A stretch of 64,000 nt of DNA, taken from positions 33,802 to 97,801 of the forward strand of contig JAUCBJ010003662.1 of NCBI GenBank assembly GCA_032718475.1, in the 5' to 3' direction. Made by a program: the position numbers and the translations under genes. The stretch comes from Nemertoderma westbladi. Lineage: Eukaryota; Animalia; Xenacoelomorpha. Positions 12,001 to 27,000 of the stretch are shown one piece after another. Position 1 is the stretch's first letter; every line of letters begins with the position of its first letter. Below the pieces are notes generated by a model. The model saw only the letters and a program-made list of their open reading frames with translations, did not search any database and was not told the origin of the DNA.

Positions 12001-15000
12001 CTGTTCAGTTTTATTACGTGGTTCTGTTGTTTGTTTGCTCACCTGTTCAGTTTTATTACGTGGTTCTGTTGTTTGTTTGCTCACCTGTTCAGTTGTATTA
12101 CGTGGTTCTGTTGTTTGTTTGCTCTCCTGTTCAGTTGTATTACGTGGTTCTGTTGTTTGTTTGCTCACCTGTTCAGTTGTATTACGTGGTTCTGTTGTTT
12201 GTTTGCTCACCTGTTCAGTTTTATTACGTGGTTCTGTTGTTTGTTTGCTCACCTGTTCAGTTGTATTACGTGGTTCTGTTGTTTGTTTGCTCACCTGTTC
12301 AGTTTTATTACGTGGTTCTGTTGTTTGTTTGCTCACCTGTTCAGTTGTATTACGTGGTTCTGTTGTTTGTTTGCTCACCTGTTCAGTTTTATTACGTGGT
12401 TCTGTTGTTTGTTTACTCACCTGTTTAGTTTTTGTTTGCTCACCTGTTCAGTTGTATTACGTGGTTCTGTTGTTTGTTTGCTCACCTGTTCAGTTTTATT
12501 ACGTGGTTCTGTTGTTTGTTTGCTCACCTGTTTAGTTTTTGTTTGCTCACCTGTTCAGTTTTATTACGTGGTTCTGTTGTTTGTTTGCTCACCTGTTCAG
12601 TTTTATTACGTGGTTCTGTTGTTTGTTTGCTCACCTGTTTAGTTTTTGTTTGCTCACCTATTCAGTTTTATTACGTGGTTCTGTTGTTTGTTTGCTCACC
12701 TGTTTAGTTTTTGTTTGCTCACCTGTTCAGTTTTATTACGTGGTTCTGTTGTTTGTTTGCTCACCTGTTCAGTTTTATTACGTGGTTCTGTTGTTTGTTT
12801 GCTCACCTGTTTAGTTTTTGTTTGCTCACCTGTTCAGTTTTATTACGTGGTTCTGTTGTTTGTTTGCTCACCTGTTCAGTTTTATTACGTGGTTCTGTTG
12901 TTTGTTTGCTCACCTGTTTAGTTTTTGTTTGCTCACCTGTTCAGTTTTATTACGTGGTTCTGTTGTTTGTTTGCTCACCTGTTCAGTTTTTGTTTGCTCA
13001 CCTGTTCAGTTTTATTACGTGGTTCTGTTGTTTGTTTGCTCACCTGTTCAGTTTTATTACGTGGTTCTGTTGTTTGTTTGCTCACCTGTTTAGTTTTTGT
13101 TTGCTCACCTGTTCAGTTTTATTACGTGGTTCTGTTGTTTGTTTGCTCACCTGTTCAGTTTTATTACGTGGTTCTGTTGTTTGTGTGCTCACCTGTTCAG
13201 TTTTATTACGTGGTTCTGTTGTTTGTTTGCTCACCTGTTCAGTTTTACTACGTGGTTCTGTTGTTTGTTTGCTCACCTGTTTAGTTTTTGTTTGCTCACC
13301 TGTTCAGTTGTATTACGTGGTTCTGTTGTTTGTTTGCTCACCTGTTCAGTTTTATTACGTGGTTCTGTTGTTTGTTTACTCACCTGTTTAGTTTTTGTTT
13401 GCTCACCTGTTCAGTTGTATTACGTGGTTATGTTGTTTGTTTGCTCACCTGTTCAGTTTTATTACGTGGTTCTGTTGTTTGTTTGCTCACCTGTTTAGTT
13501 TTTGTTTGCTCACCTGTTCAGTTTTATTACGTGGTTCTGTTGTTTGTTTGCTCACCTGTTCAGTTTTATTACGTGGTTCTGTTGTTTGTTTGCTCACCTG
13601 TTCAGTTATATTACGTGGTTCTGTTGTTTGTTTGCTCACCTGTTCAGTTTTATTACGTGGTTCTGTTGTTTGTTTGCTCACCTGTTCAGTTGTATTACGT
13701 GGTTCTGTTGTTTGTTTGCTCACCTGTTCCGTTATATTACGTGGTTCTGTTGTTTGTTTGCTCACCTGTTCAGTTTTATTACGTGGTTCTGTTGTTTGTT
13801 TTCTCACCTGTTCAGTTGTATTACGTGGTTCTGTTGTTTGTTTGCTCACCTGTTCAGTTGTATTACGTGGTTCTGTTGTTTGTTTGCTCACCTGTTCAGT
13901 TTTATTACGTGGTTCTGTTGTTTGTTTGCTCACCTGTTCAGTTTTATTACGTGGTTCTGTTGTTTGTTTGCTCACCTGTTCAGTTGTATTACGTGGTTCT
14001 GTTGTTTGTTTGCTCACCTGTTCAGTTATATTACGTGGTTCTGTTGTTTGTTTGCTCACCTGTTCAGTTTTATTACGTGGTTCTGTTGTTTGTTTGCTCA
14101 CCTGTTCAGTTGTATTACGTGGTTCTGTTGTTTGTTTGCTCACCTGTTCAGTTTTATTACGTGGTTCTCTTGCTTGTTTGCTCACCTGTTCAGTTTTATT
14201 ACGTGGTTCTGTTGTTTGTTTGCTCACCTGTTCAGTTGTATTACGTGGTTCTGTTGTTTGTTTGCTCACCTGTTTAGTTTTTGTTTGCTCACCTGTTCAG
14301 TTTTATTACGTGGTTCTGTTGTTTGTTTGCTCACCTGTTCAGTTGTATTACGTGGTTCTGTTGTTTGTTTGCTCACCTGTTCAGTTTTATTACGTGGTTC
14401 TGTTGTTTGTTTGCTCACCTGTTCAGTTGTATTACGTGGTTCTGTTGGTTCAGTTTTATTACGTGGTTCTGTTGTTTGTTTACTCACCTGTTTAGTTTTT
14501 GTTTGCTCACCTGTTCAGTTGTATTACGTGGTTCTGTTGTTTGTTTGCTCACCTGTTCAGTTTTATTACGTGGTTCTGTTGTTTGTTTGCTCACCTGTTT
14601 AGTTTTTGTTTGCTCACCTGTTCAGTTTTATTACGTGGTTCTGTTGTTTGTTTGCTCACCTGTTCAGTTTTATTACGTGGTTCTGTTGTTTGTTTGCTCA
14701 CCTGTTCAGTTTTATTACGTGGTTCTGTTGTTTGTTTGCTCACCTGTTCAGTTGTATTACGTGGTTCTGTTGTTTGTTTGCTCTCCTGTTCAGTTGTATT
14801 ACGTGGTTCTGTTGTTTGTTTGCTCACCTGTTCAGTTGTATTACGTGGTTCTGTTGTTTGTTTGCTCACCTGTTCAGTTTTATTACGTGGTTCTGTTGTT
14901 TGTTTGCTCACCTGTTCAGTTGTATTACGTGGTTCTGTTGTTTGTTTGCTCACCTGTTCAGTTTTATTACGTGGTTCTGTTGTTTGTTTGCTCACCTGTT

Positions 15001-18000
15001 CAGTTGTATTACGTGGTTCTGTTGTTTGTTTGCTCACCTGTTCAGTTTTATTACGTGGTTCTGTTGTTTGTTTACTCACCTGTTTAGTTTTTGTTTGCTC
15101 ACCTGTTCAGTTGTATTACGTGGTTCTGTTGTTTGTTTGCTCACCTGTTCAGTTTTATTACGTGGTTCTGTTGTTTGTTTGCTCACCTGTTTAGTTTCTG
15201 TTTGCTCACCTGTTCAGTTTTATTACGTGGTTCTGTTGTTTGTTTGCTCACCTGTTCAGTTTTATTACGTGGTTCTGTTGTTTGTTTGCTCACCTGTTTA
15301 GTTTTTGTTTGCTCACCTGTTCAGTTTTATTACGTGGTTCTGTTGTTTGTTTGCTCACCTGTTTAGTTTTTGTTTGCTCACCTGTTCAGTTTTATTACGT
15401 GGTTCTGTTGTTTGTTTGCTCACCTGTTCAGTTTTATTACGTGGTTCTGTTGTTTGTTTGCTCACCTGTTTAGTTTTTGTTTGCTCACCTGTTCAGTTTT
15501 ATTACGTGGTTCTGTTGTTTGTTTGCTCACCTGTTCAGTTTTATTACGTGGTTCTGTTGTTTGTTTGCTCACCTGTTTAGTTTTTGTTTGCTCACCTGTT
15601 CAGTTTTATTACGTGGTTCTGTTGTTTGTTTGCTCACCTGTTCAGTTTTTGTTTGCTCACCTGTTCAGTTTTATTACGTGGTTCTGTTGTTTGTTTGCTC
15701 ACCTGTTCAGTTTTATTACGTGGTTCTGTTGTTTGTTTGCTCACCTGTTTAGTTTTTGTTTGCTCACCTGTTCAGTTTTATTACGTGGTTCTGTTGTTTG
15801 TTTGCTCACCTGTTCAGTTTTATTACGTGGTTCTGTTGTTTGTGTGCTCACCTGTTCAGTTTTATTACGTGGTTCTGTTGTTTGTTTGCTCACCTGTTCA
15901 GTTTTATTACGTGGTTCTGTTGTTTGTTTGCTCACCTGTTTAGTTTTTGTTTGCTCACCTGTTCAGTTGTATTACGTGGTTCTGTTGTTTGTTTGCTCAC
16001 CTGTTCAGTTTTATTACGTGGTTCTGTTGTTTGTTTACTCACCTGTTTAGTTTTTGTTTGCTCACCTGTTCAGTTGTATTACGTGGTTCTGTTGTTTGTT
16101 TGCTCACCTGTTCAGTTTTATTACGTGGTTCTGTTGTTTGTTTGCTCACCTGTTTAGTTTTTGTTTGCTCACCTGTTCAGTTTTATTACGTGGTTCTGTT
16201 GTTTGTTTGCTCACCTGTTCAGTTTTATTACGTGGTTCTGTTGTTTGTTTGCTCACCTGTTCAGTTTTATTACGTGGTTCTGTTGTTTGTTTGCTCACCT
16301 GTTCAGTTGTATTACGTGGTTCTGTTGTTTGTTTGCTCACCTGTTCAGTTTTATTACGTGGTTCTGTTGTTTGTTTGCTCACCTGTTCAGTTGTATTACG
16401 TGGTTCTGTTGTTTGTTTGCTCACCTGTTCAGTTGTATTACGTGGTTCTGTTGTTTGTTTGCTCACCTGTTCAGTTTTATTACGTGGTTCTGTTGTTTGT
16501 TTGCTCACCTGTTCAGTTGTATTACGTGGTTCTGTTGTTTGTTTGCTCACCTGTTCAGTTTTATTACGTGGTTCTGTTGTTTGTTTGCTCACCTGTTCAG
16601 TTGTATTACGTGGTTCTGTTGTTTGTTTGCTCACCTGTTCAGTTTTATTACGTGGTTCTGTTGTTTGTTTACTCACCTGTTTAGTTTTTGTTTGCTCACC
16701 TGTTCAGTTGTATTACGTGGTTCTGTTGTTTGTTTGCTCACCTGTTCAGTTTTATTACGTGGTTCTGTTGTTTGTTTGCTCACCTGTTCAGTTTTATTAC
16801 GTGGTTCTGTTGTTTGTTTGCTCACCTGTTCAGTTGTATTACGTGGTTCTGTTGTTTGTTTACTCACCTGTTTAGTTTTTGTTTGCTCACCTGTTCAGTT
16901 TTATTACGTGGTTCTGTTGTTTGTTTGCTCACCTGTTCAGTTTTATTACGTGGTTCTGTTGTTTGTTTGCTCACCTGTTCAGTTTTATTACGTGGTTCTG
17001 TTGTTTGTTTGCTCACCTGTTCAGTTGTATTACGTGGTTCTGTTGTTTGTTTGCTCACCTGTTCAGTTTTATTACGTGGTTCTGTTGTTTGTTTGCTCAC
17101 CTGTTCAATTGTATTACGTGGTTCTGTTGTTTGTTTGCTCACCTGTTCAGTTTTATTACGTGGTTCTGTTGTTTGTTTGCTCCCCTGTTCAGTTGTATTA
17201 CGTGGTTCTGCTGTTTGTTTGCTCACCTGTTCAGTTGTATTACGTGGTTCTGTTGTTTGTTTGCTCACCTGTTCAGTTGTAATACGTGGTTCTGTTGTTT
17301 GTTTGCTCACCTGTTCAGTTGTATTACGTGGTTCTGTTGTTTGTTTGCTCACCTGTTCACGTTTTTTTTACGTGGTTCTGTTGTTTGTTTGCTCACCTGT
17401 TCAGTTGTATTACGTGGTTCTGTTGTTTGTTTGCTCACCTGTTCAGTTTTATTACGTGGTTCTGTTGTTTGTTTGCTCACCTGTTCAGTTGTATTACGTG
17501 GTTCTGTTGTTTGTTTGCTCACCTGTTCAGTTTTATTACGTGGTTCTGTTGTTTGTTTGCTCACCTGTTCAGTTTTTGTTTGCTCACCTGTTCAGTTTTA
17601 TTACGTGGTTCTGTTGTTTGTTTGCTCACCTGTTCAGTTTTATTACGTGGTTCTGTTGTTTGTTTGCTCACCTGTTCAGTTTTATTACGTGGTTCTGTTG
17701 TTTGTTTGCTCACCTGTTCAGTTGTATTACGTGGTTCTGTTGTTTGTTTGCTCACCTGTTCAGTTTTATTACGTGGTTCTGTTGTTTGTTTGCTCACCTG
17801 TTCAGTTGTATTACGTGGTTCTGTTGTTTGTTTGCTCACCTGTTCAGTTGTATTACGTGGTTCTGTTGTTTGTTTGCTCACCTGTTCAGTTTTATTACGT
17901 GGTTCTGTTGTTTGTTTGCTCACCTGTTCAGTTGTATTACGTGGTTCTGTTGTTTGTTTGCTCACCTGTTCAGTTTTATTACGTGGTTCTGTTGTTTTTG

Positions 18001-21000
18001 ATTGCTCACCTGTTCAGTTGTATTACGTGGTTCTGTTGTTTGTTTGCTCACCTGTTCAGTTTTATTACGTGGTTCTGTTGTTTGTTTACTCACCTGTTTA
18101 GTTTTTGTTTGCTCACCTGTTCAGTTGTATTACGTGGTTCTGTTGTTTGTTTGCTCACCTGTTCAGTTTTATTACGTGGTTCTGTTGTTTGTTTGCTCAC
18201 CTGTTTAGTTTTTGTTTGCTCACCTGTTCAGTTTTATTACGTGGTTCTGTTGTTTGTTTGCTCACCTGTTTAGTTTTATTATGTGGTTCTGTTGTTTGTT
18301 TGCTCACCTGTTCAGTTTTATTACGTGGTTCTGTTGTTTGTTTGCTCACCTGTTCAGTTGTATTACGTGGTTCTGTTGTTTGTTTACTCACCTGTTTAGT
18401 TTTTGTTTGCTCACCTGTTCAGTTTTATTACGTGGTTCTGTTGTTTGTTTGCTCACCTGTTCAGTTTTATTACGTGGTTCTGTTGTTTGTTTGCTCACCT
18501 GTTCAGTTTTATTACGTGGTTCTGTTGTTTGTTTGCTCACCTGTTCAGTTGTATTACGTGGTTCTGTTGTTTGTTTGCTCACCTGTTCAGTTTTATTACG
18601 TGGTTCTGTTGTTTGTTTGCTCACCTGTTCAATTGTATTACGTGGTTCTGTTGTTTGTTTGCTCACCTGTTCAGTTTTATTACGTGGTTCTGTTGTTTGT
18701 TTGCTCCCCTGTTCAGTTGTATTACGTGGTTCTGCTGTTTGTTTGCTCACCTGTTCAGTTGTATTACGTGGTTCTGTTGTTTGTTTGCTCACCTGTTCAG
18801 TTGTAATACGTGGTTCTGTTGTTTGTTTGCTCACCTGTTCAGTTGTATTACGTGGTTCTGTTGTTTGTTTGCTCACCTGTTCACGTTTTTTTTACGTGGT
18901 TCTGTTGTTTGTTTGCTCACCTGTTCAGTTGTATTACGTGGTTCTGTTGTTTGTTTGCTCACCTGTTCAGTTTTATTACGTGGTTCTGTTGTTTGTTTGC
19001 TCACCTGTTCAGTTGTATTACGTGGTTCTGTTGTTTGTTTGCTCACCTGTTCAGTTTTATTACGTGGTTCTGTTGTTTGTTTGCTCACCTGTTCAGTTGT
19101 AATACGTGGTTCTGTTGTTTGTTTGCTCACCTGTTCAGTTGTATTACGTGGTTCTGTTGTTTGTTTGCTCACCTGTTCAGTTTTATTACGTGGTTCTGTT
19201 GTTTGTTTTCTCACCTGTTCAGGTTTTTTTACGTGGTTCTGTTGTTTGTTTGCTCACCTGTTCAGTTGTATTACGTGGTTCTGTTGTTTGTTTGCTCACC
19301 TGTTCAGTTGTATTACGTGGTTCTGTTGTTTGTTTGCTCACCTGTTCAGTTGTATTACGTGGTTCTGCTGTTTGTTTGCTCACCTGTTCAGTTGTATTAC
19401 GTGGTTCTGTTGTTTGTTTGCTCACCTGTTCAGTTTTATTACGTGGTTCTGTTGTTTGTTTGCTCACCTGTTCAGTTGTATTACGTGGTTCTGTTGTTTG
19501 TTTGCTCACCTGTTCAGTTGTATTACGTGGTTCTGTTGTTTGTTTGCTCACCTGTTCAGTTTTATTACGTGGTTCTGTTGTTTGTTTGCTCACCTGTTCA
19601 GTTTTATTACGTGGTTCTGTTGTTTGTTTGCTCACCTGTTCAGTTGTATTACGTGGTTCTGTTGTTTTTTTGCTCACCTGTTTAGTTTTTGTTTGCTCAC
19701 CTGTTCAGTTTTATTACGTGGTTCTGTTGTTTGTTTACTCACCTGTTTAGTTTTTGTTTGCTCACCTGTTCAGTTGTATTACGTGGTTCTGTTGTTTGTT
19801 TGCTCACCTGTTCAGTTTTATTACGTGGTTCTGTTGTTTGTTTGCTCACCTGTTCAGTTTTATTACGTGGTTCTGTTGTTTGTTTGCTCACCTGTTCAGT
19901 TGTATTACGTGGTTCTGTTGTTTGTTTGCTCACCTGTTCAGTTGTATTACGTGGTTCTGTTGTTTGTTTGCTCACCTGTTCAGTTTTATTACGTGGTTCT
20001 GTTGTTTGTTTGCTCACCTGTTCAGTTGTATTACGTGGTTCTGTTGTTTGTTTGCTCACCTGTTTAGTTTTTGTTTGCTCACCTGTTCAGTTTTATTACG
20101 TGGTTCTGTTGTTTGTTTACTCACCTGTTTAGTTTTTGTTTGCTCACCTGTTCAGTTGTATTACGTGGTTCTGTTGTTTGTTTGCTCACCTGTTCAGTTT
20201 TATTACGAGGTTCTGTTGTTTGTTTGCTCACCTGTTCAGTTTTATTACGTGGTTCTGTTGTTTGTTTGCTCACCTGTTCAGTTGTATTACGTGGTTCTGT
20301 TGTTTGTTTGCTCACCTGTTCAGTTGTATTACGTGGTTCTGTTGTTTGTTTGCTCACCTGTTCAGGTTTTTTTTACGTGGTTCTGTTGTTTGTTTGCTCA
20401 CCTGTTCAGTTTTATTACGTGGTTCTGTTGTTTGTTTGCTCACCTGTTCAGTTTTATTACGTGGTTCTGTTGTTTGTTTGCTCACCTGTTCAGTTGTAAT
20501 ACGTGGTTCTGTTGTTTGTTTGCTCACCTGTTCAGTTGTATTACGTGGTTCTGTTGTTTGTTTGCTCACCTGTTCAGGTTTTTTTTACGTGGTTCTGTTG
20601 TTTGTTTGCTCACCTGTTCAGTTGTATTACGTGGTTCTGTTGTTTGTTTGCTCACCTGTTCAGTTGTATTACGTGGTTCTGTTGTTTGTTTGCTCACCTG
20701 TTCAGTTGTATTACGTGGTTCTGTTGTTTGTTTGCTCACCTGTTCAGTTTTATTACGTGGTTCTGTTGTTTGTTTGCTCACCTGTTCAGTTGTATTACGT
20801 GGTTCTGTTGTTTGTTTGCTCACCTGTTCAGTTGTATTACGTGGTTCTGCTGTTTGTTTGCTCACCTGTTCAGTTGTATTACGTGGTTCTGTTGTTTGTT
20901 TGCTCACCTGTTCAGTTTTATTACGTGGTTCTGTTGTTTGTTTGCTCACCTGTTCAGTTGTATTACGTGGTTCTGTTGTTTGTTTGCTCACCTGTTCAGT

Positions 21001-24000
21001 TGTATTACGTGGTTCTGTTGTTTGTTTGCTCACCTGTTCAGTTTTATTACGTGGTTCTGTTGTTTGTTTGCTCACCTGTTCAGTTTTATTACGTGGTTCT
21101 GTTGTTTGTTTGCTCACCTGTTCAGTTGTATTACGTGGTTCTGTTGTTTGTTTGCTCACCTGTTTAGTTTTTGTTTGCTCACCTGTTCAGTTTTATTACG
21201 TGGTTCTGTTGTTTGTTTACTCACCTGTTTAGTTTTTGTTTGCTCACCTGTTCAGTTGTATTACGTGGTTCTGTTGTTTGTTTGCTCACCTGTTCAGTTT
21301 TATTACGTGGTTCAGTTGTTTGTTTGCTCACCTGTTCAGTTTTATTACGTGGTTCTGTTGTTTGTTTGCTCACCTGTTCAGTTGTATTACGTGGTTCTGT
21401 TGTTTGTTTGCTCACCTGTTCAGTTTTATTACGTGGTTCTGTTGTTTGTTTGCTCACCTGTTCAGTTGTATTACGTGGTTCTGTTGTTTGTTTGCTCACC
21501 TGTTCAGTTGTATTACGTGGTTCTGTTGTTTGTTTGCTCACCTGTTCAGTTTTATTACGTGGTTCTGTTGTTTGTTTGCTCACCTGTTTAGTTTTATTAC
21601 GTGGTTCTGTTGTTTGTTTGCTCACCTGTTCAGTTGTATTACGTGGTTCTGTTGTTTGTTTGCTCACTTGTTCAGTTGTATTACGTGGTTCTGTTGTTTG
21701 TTTGCTCACCTGTTCAGTTGTATTACGTGGTTCTGTTGTTTGTTTGCTCACCTGTTCAGTTTTATTACGTGGTTCTGTTGTTTGTTTGCTCACCTGTTCA
21801 GTTATATTACGTGGTTCTGTTGTTTGTTTGCTCACCTGTTCAGTTATATTACGTGGTTCTGTTGTTTGTTTGCTCACCTGTTCAGTTTTATTACGTGGTT
21901 CTGTTGTTTGTTTGCTCACCTGTTCAGTTGTATTACGTGGTTCTGTTGTTTGTTTACTCACCTGTTCAGTTGTATTACGTGGTTCTGTTGTTTGTTTGCT
22001 CACCTGTTCAGTTGTATTACGTGGTTCTGTTGTTTGTTTGCTCACCTGTTCAGTTGTATTACGTGGTTCTGTTGTTTGTTTACTCACCTGTTCAGTTGTA
22101 TTACGTGGTTCTGTTGTTTGTTTACTCACCTGTTCAGTTGTATTACGTGGTTCTGTTGTTTGTTTGCTCACCTGTTCAGTTTTATTACGTGGTTCTGTTG
22201 TTTGTTTGCTCACCTGTTCAGTTGTATTACGTGGTTCTGTTGTTTGTTTGCTCACCTGTTCCGTTATATTACGTGGTTCTGTTGTTTGTTTGCTCACCTG
22301 TTCAGTTGTATTACGTGGTTCTGTTGTTTGTTTGCTCACCTGTTCAGTTTTATTACGTGGTTCTGTTGTTTGTTTGCTCACCTGTTCAGTTGTATTACGT
22401 GGTTCTGTTGTTTGTTTGCTCACCTGTTCAGTTTTATTACGTGGTTCTCTTGCTTGTTTGCTCACCTGTTCAGTTTTATAACGTGGTTCTGTTGTTTGTT
22501 TGCTCACCTGTTCAGTTGTATTACGTGGTTCTGTTGTTTGTTTGCTCACCTGTTCAGTTATATTACGTGGTTCTGTTGTTTGTTTGCTCACCTGTTCAGT
22601 TTTATTACGTGGTTCCGTTGTTTGTTTGCTCACCTGTTCAGTTTTATTACGTGGTTCTGTTGTTTGTTTGCTCACATGTTCAGTTGTATTACGTGGTTCT
22701 GTTGTTTGTTTGCTCACCTGTTCAGTTTTATTACGTGGTTCTGTTGTTTGTTTGCTCACCTGTTCAGTTTTATTACGTGGTTCTGTTGTTTGTTTGCTCA
22801 CCTGTTCAGTTGTATTACGTGGTTCTGTTGTTTGTTTGCTCACCTGTTCAGTTATATTACGTGGTTCTGTTGTTTGTTTGCTCACCTGTTCAGTTATATT
22901 ACGTGGTTCTGTTGTTTGTTTGCTCACCTGTTCAGTTGTATTACGTGGTTCTGTTGTTTGTTTGCTCACCTGTTCAGTTTTATTACGTGGTTCTGTTGTT
23001 TGTTTGCTCACCTGTTCAGTTATATTACGTGGGTCTGTTGTTTGTTTGCTCACCTGTTCAGTTGTACATGTATTCCATGGTTCTGTTGTTTGTTTGCTCA
23101 CCTGTTCAGGTTTTTTACGTGGTTCTGTTGTTTGTTTGCTCACCTGTTCAGTTGTATTACGTGGTTCTGTTGTTTGTTTGCTCACCTGTTCAGTTGTATT
23201 ACGTGGTTCTGTTGTTTGTTTGCTCACCTGTTCAGTTGTATTACGTGGTTCTGTTGTTTGTTTGCTCACCTGTTCAGTTTTATTACGTGGTTCTGTTGTT
23301 TGTTTGCTCAGCTGTTCAGTTATATTACGTGGTTCTGTTGTTTGTTTGCTCACCTGTTCAGTTATATTACGTGGTTCTGTTGTTTGTTTGCTCACCTGTT
23401 CAGTTTTATTACGTGGTTCTGTTGTTTGTTTGCTCACCTGTTCAGTTATATTACGTGGTTCTGTTGTTTGTTTGCTCACCTGTTCAGTTGTATTACGTGG
23501 TTCTGTTGTTTGTTTGCTCACCTGTTCAGTTTTATTACGTGGTTCTGTTGTTTGTTTGCTCACCTGTTCAGTTGTATTACGTGGTTCTGTTGTTTGTTTG
23601 CTCACCTGTTCAGTTTTATTACGTGGTTCTGTTGTTTGTTTGCTCACCTGTTCAGTTTTATAACGTGGTTCTGTTGTTTGTTTGCTCACCTGTTCAGTTG
23701 TATTACGTGGTTCTGTTGTTAGTTTGCTCACCTTTTCAGTTTTATTACGTGGTTCTGTTGTTTGTTTGCTCACCTGTTCAGTTTTATTACGTGGTTCTGT
23801 TGTTTGTTTGCTCACCTGTTCAGTTGTATTACGTGGTTCTGTTGTTTGTTTGCTCACCTGTTCAGTTTTATTACGTGGTTCTGTTGTTTGTTTGCTCATC
23901 TGTTCAGTTTTATTACGTGGTTCTGTTGTTTGTTTGCTCACCTGTTCAGTTTTATTACGTGGTTCTGTTGTTTGTTTGCTCACCTGTTCAGTTGTATTAC

Positions 24001-27000
24001 GTGGTTCTGATGTTTGTTTACTCACCTGTTTAGTTTTTGTTTGCTCACCTGTTCAGTTTTATTACGTGGTTCTGTTGTTTGTTTACTCACCTGTTTAGTT
24101 TTTGTTTGCTCACCTGTTCAGTTGTATTACGTGGTTCTGTTGTTTGTTTGCTCACCTGTTCAGTTTTATTACGTGGTTCTGTTGTTTGTTTGCTCACCTG
24201 TTCAGTTTTATTACGTGGTTCTGTTGTTTGTTTGCTCACCTGTTCAGTTGTAATACGTGGTTCTGTTGTTTGTTTGCTCACCTGTTCAGTTGTATTACGT
24301 GGTTCTGTTGTTTGTTTGCTCACCTGTTCAGGTTTTTTTTACGTGGTTCTGTTGTTTGTTTGCTCACCTGTTCAGTTGTATTACGTGGTTCTGTTGTTTG
24401 TTTGCTCACCTGTTCAGTTTTATTACGTGGTTCTGTTGTTTGTTTGCTCACCTGTTCAGTTGTAATACGTGGTTCTGTTGTTTGTTTGCTCACCTGTTCA
24501 GTTGTATTACGTGGTTCTGTTGTTTGTTTGCTCACCTGTTCAGGTTTTTTTTACGTGGTTCTGTTGTTTGTTTGCTCACCTGTTCAGTTGTATTACGTGG
24601 TTCTGTTGTTTGTTTGCTCACCTGTTTAGTTTTTGTTTGCTCACCTGTTTAGTTTTTGTTTGCTCACCTGTTCAGTTTTATTACGTGGTTCTGTTGTTTG
24701 TTTGCTCACCTGTTTAGTTTTTGTTTGCTCACCTGTTTAGTTTTTGTTTGCTCACCTGTTCAGTTTTATTACGTGGTTCTGTTGTTTGTTTGCTCACCTG
24801 TTCAGTTGTATTACGTGGTTCTGTTGTTTGTTTGCTCACCTGTTCAGTTGTATTACGTGGTTCTGTTGTTTGTTTGCTCACCTGTTCAGTTTTATTACGT
24901 GGTTCTGTTGTTTGTTTGCTCACCTGTTCAGTTGTATTACGTGGTTCTGTTGTTTGTTTGCTCACCTGTTCAGTTGTATTACGTGGTTCTGCTGATTGTT
25001 TGCTCACCTGTTCAGTTGTATTACGTGGTTCTGTTGTTTGTTTGCTCACCTGTCCAGTTGTATTACGTGGTTCTGTTGTTTGTTTGCTCACCTGTTCAGT
25101 TGTATTACGTGGTTCTGTTGTTTGTTTGCTCACCTGTTCAGTTGTATTACGTGGTTCTGTTGTTTGTTTGCTCACCTGTTCAGTTTTATTACGTGGTTCT
25201 GTTGTTTGTTTGCTCACCTGTTCAGTTGTATTACGTGGTTCTGTTGTTTGTTTGCTCACCTGTTCAGTTGTATTACGTGGTTCTGCTGATTGTTTGCTCA
25301 CCTGTTCAGTTGTATTACGTGGTTCTGTTGTTTGTTTGCTCACCTGTTCAGTTGTATTACGTGGTTCTGTTGTTTGTTTGCTCACCTGTTCAGTTTTATT
25401 ACGTGGTTCTGTTGTTTGTTTGCTCACCTGTTCAGTTTTATTACGTGGTTCTGTTGTTTGTTTGCTCACCTGTTCAGTTGTATTACGTGGTTCTGCTGAT
25501 TGTTTGCTCACCTGTTCAGTTGTATTACGTGGTTCTGTTGTTTGTTTGCTCACCAGTTCAGTTGTATTACGTGGTTCTGTTGTTTGTTTGCTCACCTGTT
25601 CAGTTTTATTACGTGGTTCTGTTGTTTGTTTGCTCACCTGTTCAGTTGTATTACGTGGTTCTGTTGTTTGTTTGCTCACCTGTTCAGTTGTATTACGTGG
25701 TTCTGTTGTTTGTTTGCGCACCTGTTCAGTTGTATTACGTGGTTCTGTTGTTTGTTTGCTCACCTGTTCAGTTTTATTACGTGGTTCTGTTGTTTGTTTG
25801 CTCATCTGTTCAGTTTTATTACGTGGTTCTGTTGTTTGTTTGCTCACCTGTTCAGTTTTATTACGTGGTTCTGTTGTTTGTTTGCTCACCTGTTCAGTTG
25901 TATTACGTGGTTCTGATGTTTGTTTACTCACCTGTTTAGTTTTTGTTTGCTCACCTGTTCAGTTTTATTACGTGGTTCTGTTGTTTGTTTACTCACCTGT
26001 TTAGTTTTTGTTTGCTCACCTGTTCAGTTGTATTACGTGGTTCTGTTGTTTGTTTGCTCACCTGTTCAGTTTTATTACGTGGTTCTGTTGTTTGTTTGCT
26101 CACCTGTTCAGTTTTATTACGTGGTTCTGTTGTTTGTTTGCTCACCTGTTCAGTTGTAATACGTGGTTCTGTTGTTTGTTTGCTCACCTGTTCAGTTGTA
26201 TTACGTGGTTCTGTTGTTTGTTTGCTCACCTGTTCAGGTTTTTTTTACGTGGTTCTGTTGTTTGTTTGCTCACCTGTTCAGTTGTATTACGTGGTTCTGT
26301 TGTTTGTTTGCTCACCTGTTCAGTTTTATTACGTGGTTCTGTTGTTTGTTTGCTCACCTGTTCAGTTGTAATACGTGGTTCTGTTGTTTGTTTGCTCACC
26401 TGTTCAGTTGTATTACGTGGTTCTGTTGTTTGTTTGCTCACCTGTTCAGGTTTTTTTTACGTGGTTCTGTTGTTTGTTTGCTCACCTGTTCAGTTGTATT
26501 ACGTGGTTCTGTTGTTTGTTTGCTCACCTGTTTAGTTTTTGTTTGCTCACCTGTTTAGTTTTTGTTTGCTCACCTGTTCAGTTTTATTACGTGGTTCTGT
26601 TGTTTGTTTGCTCACCTGTTTAGTTTTTGTTTGCTCACCTGTTTAGTTTTTGTTTGCTCACCTGTTCAGTTTTATTACGTGGTTCTGTTGTTTGTTTGCT
26701 CACCTGTTCAGTTGTATTACGTGGTTCTGTTGTTTGTTTGCTCACCTGTTCAGTTGTATTACGTGGTTCTGTTGTTTGTTTGCTCACCTGTTCAGTTTTA
26801 TTACGTGGTTCTGTTGTTTGTTTGCTCACCTGTTCAGTTGTATTACGTGGTTCTGTTGTTTGTTTGCTCACCTGTTCAGTTGTATTACGTGGTTCTGCTG
26901 ATTGTTTGCTCACCTGTTCAGTTGTATTACGTGGTTCTGTTGTTTGTTTGCTCACCTGTCCAGTTGTATTACGTGGTTCTGTTGTTTGTTTGCTCACCTG

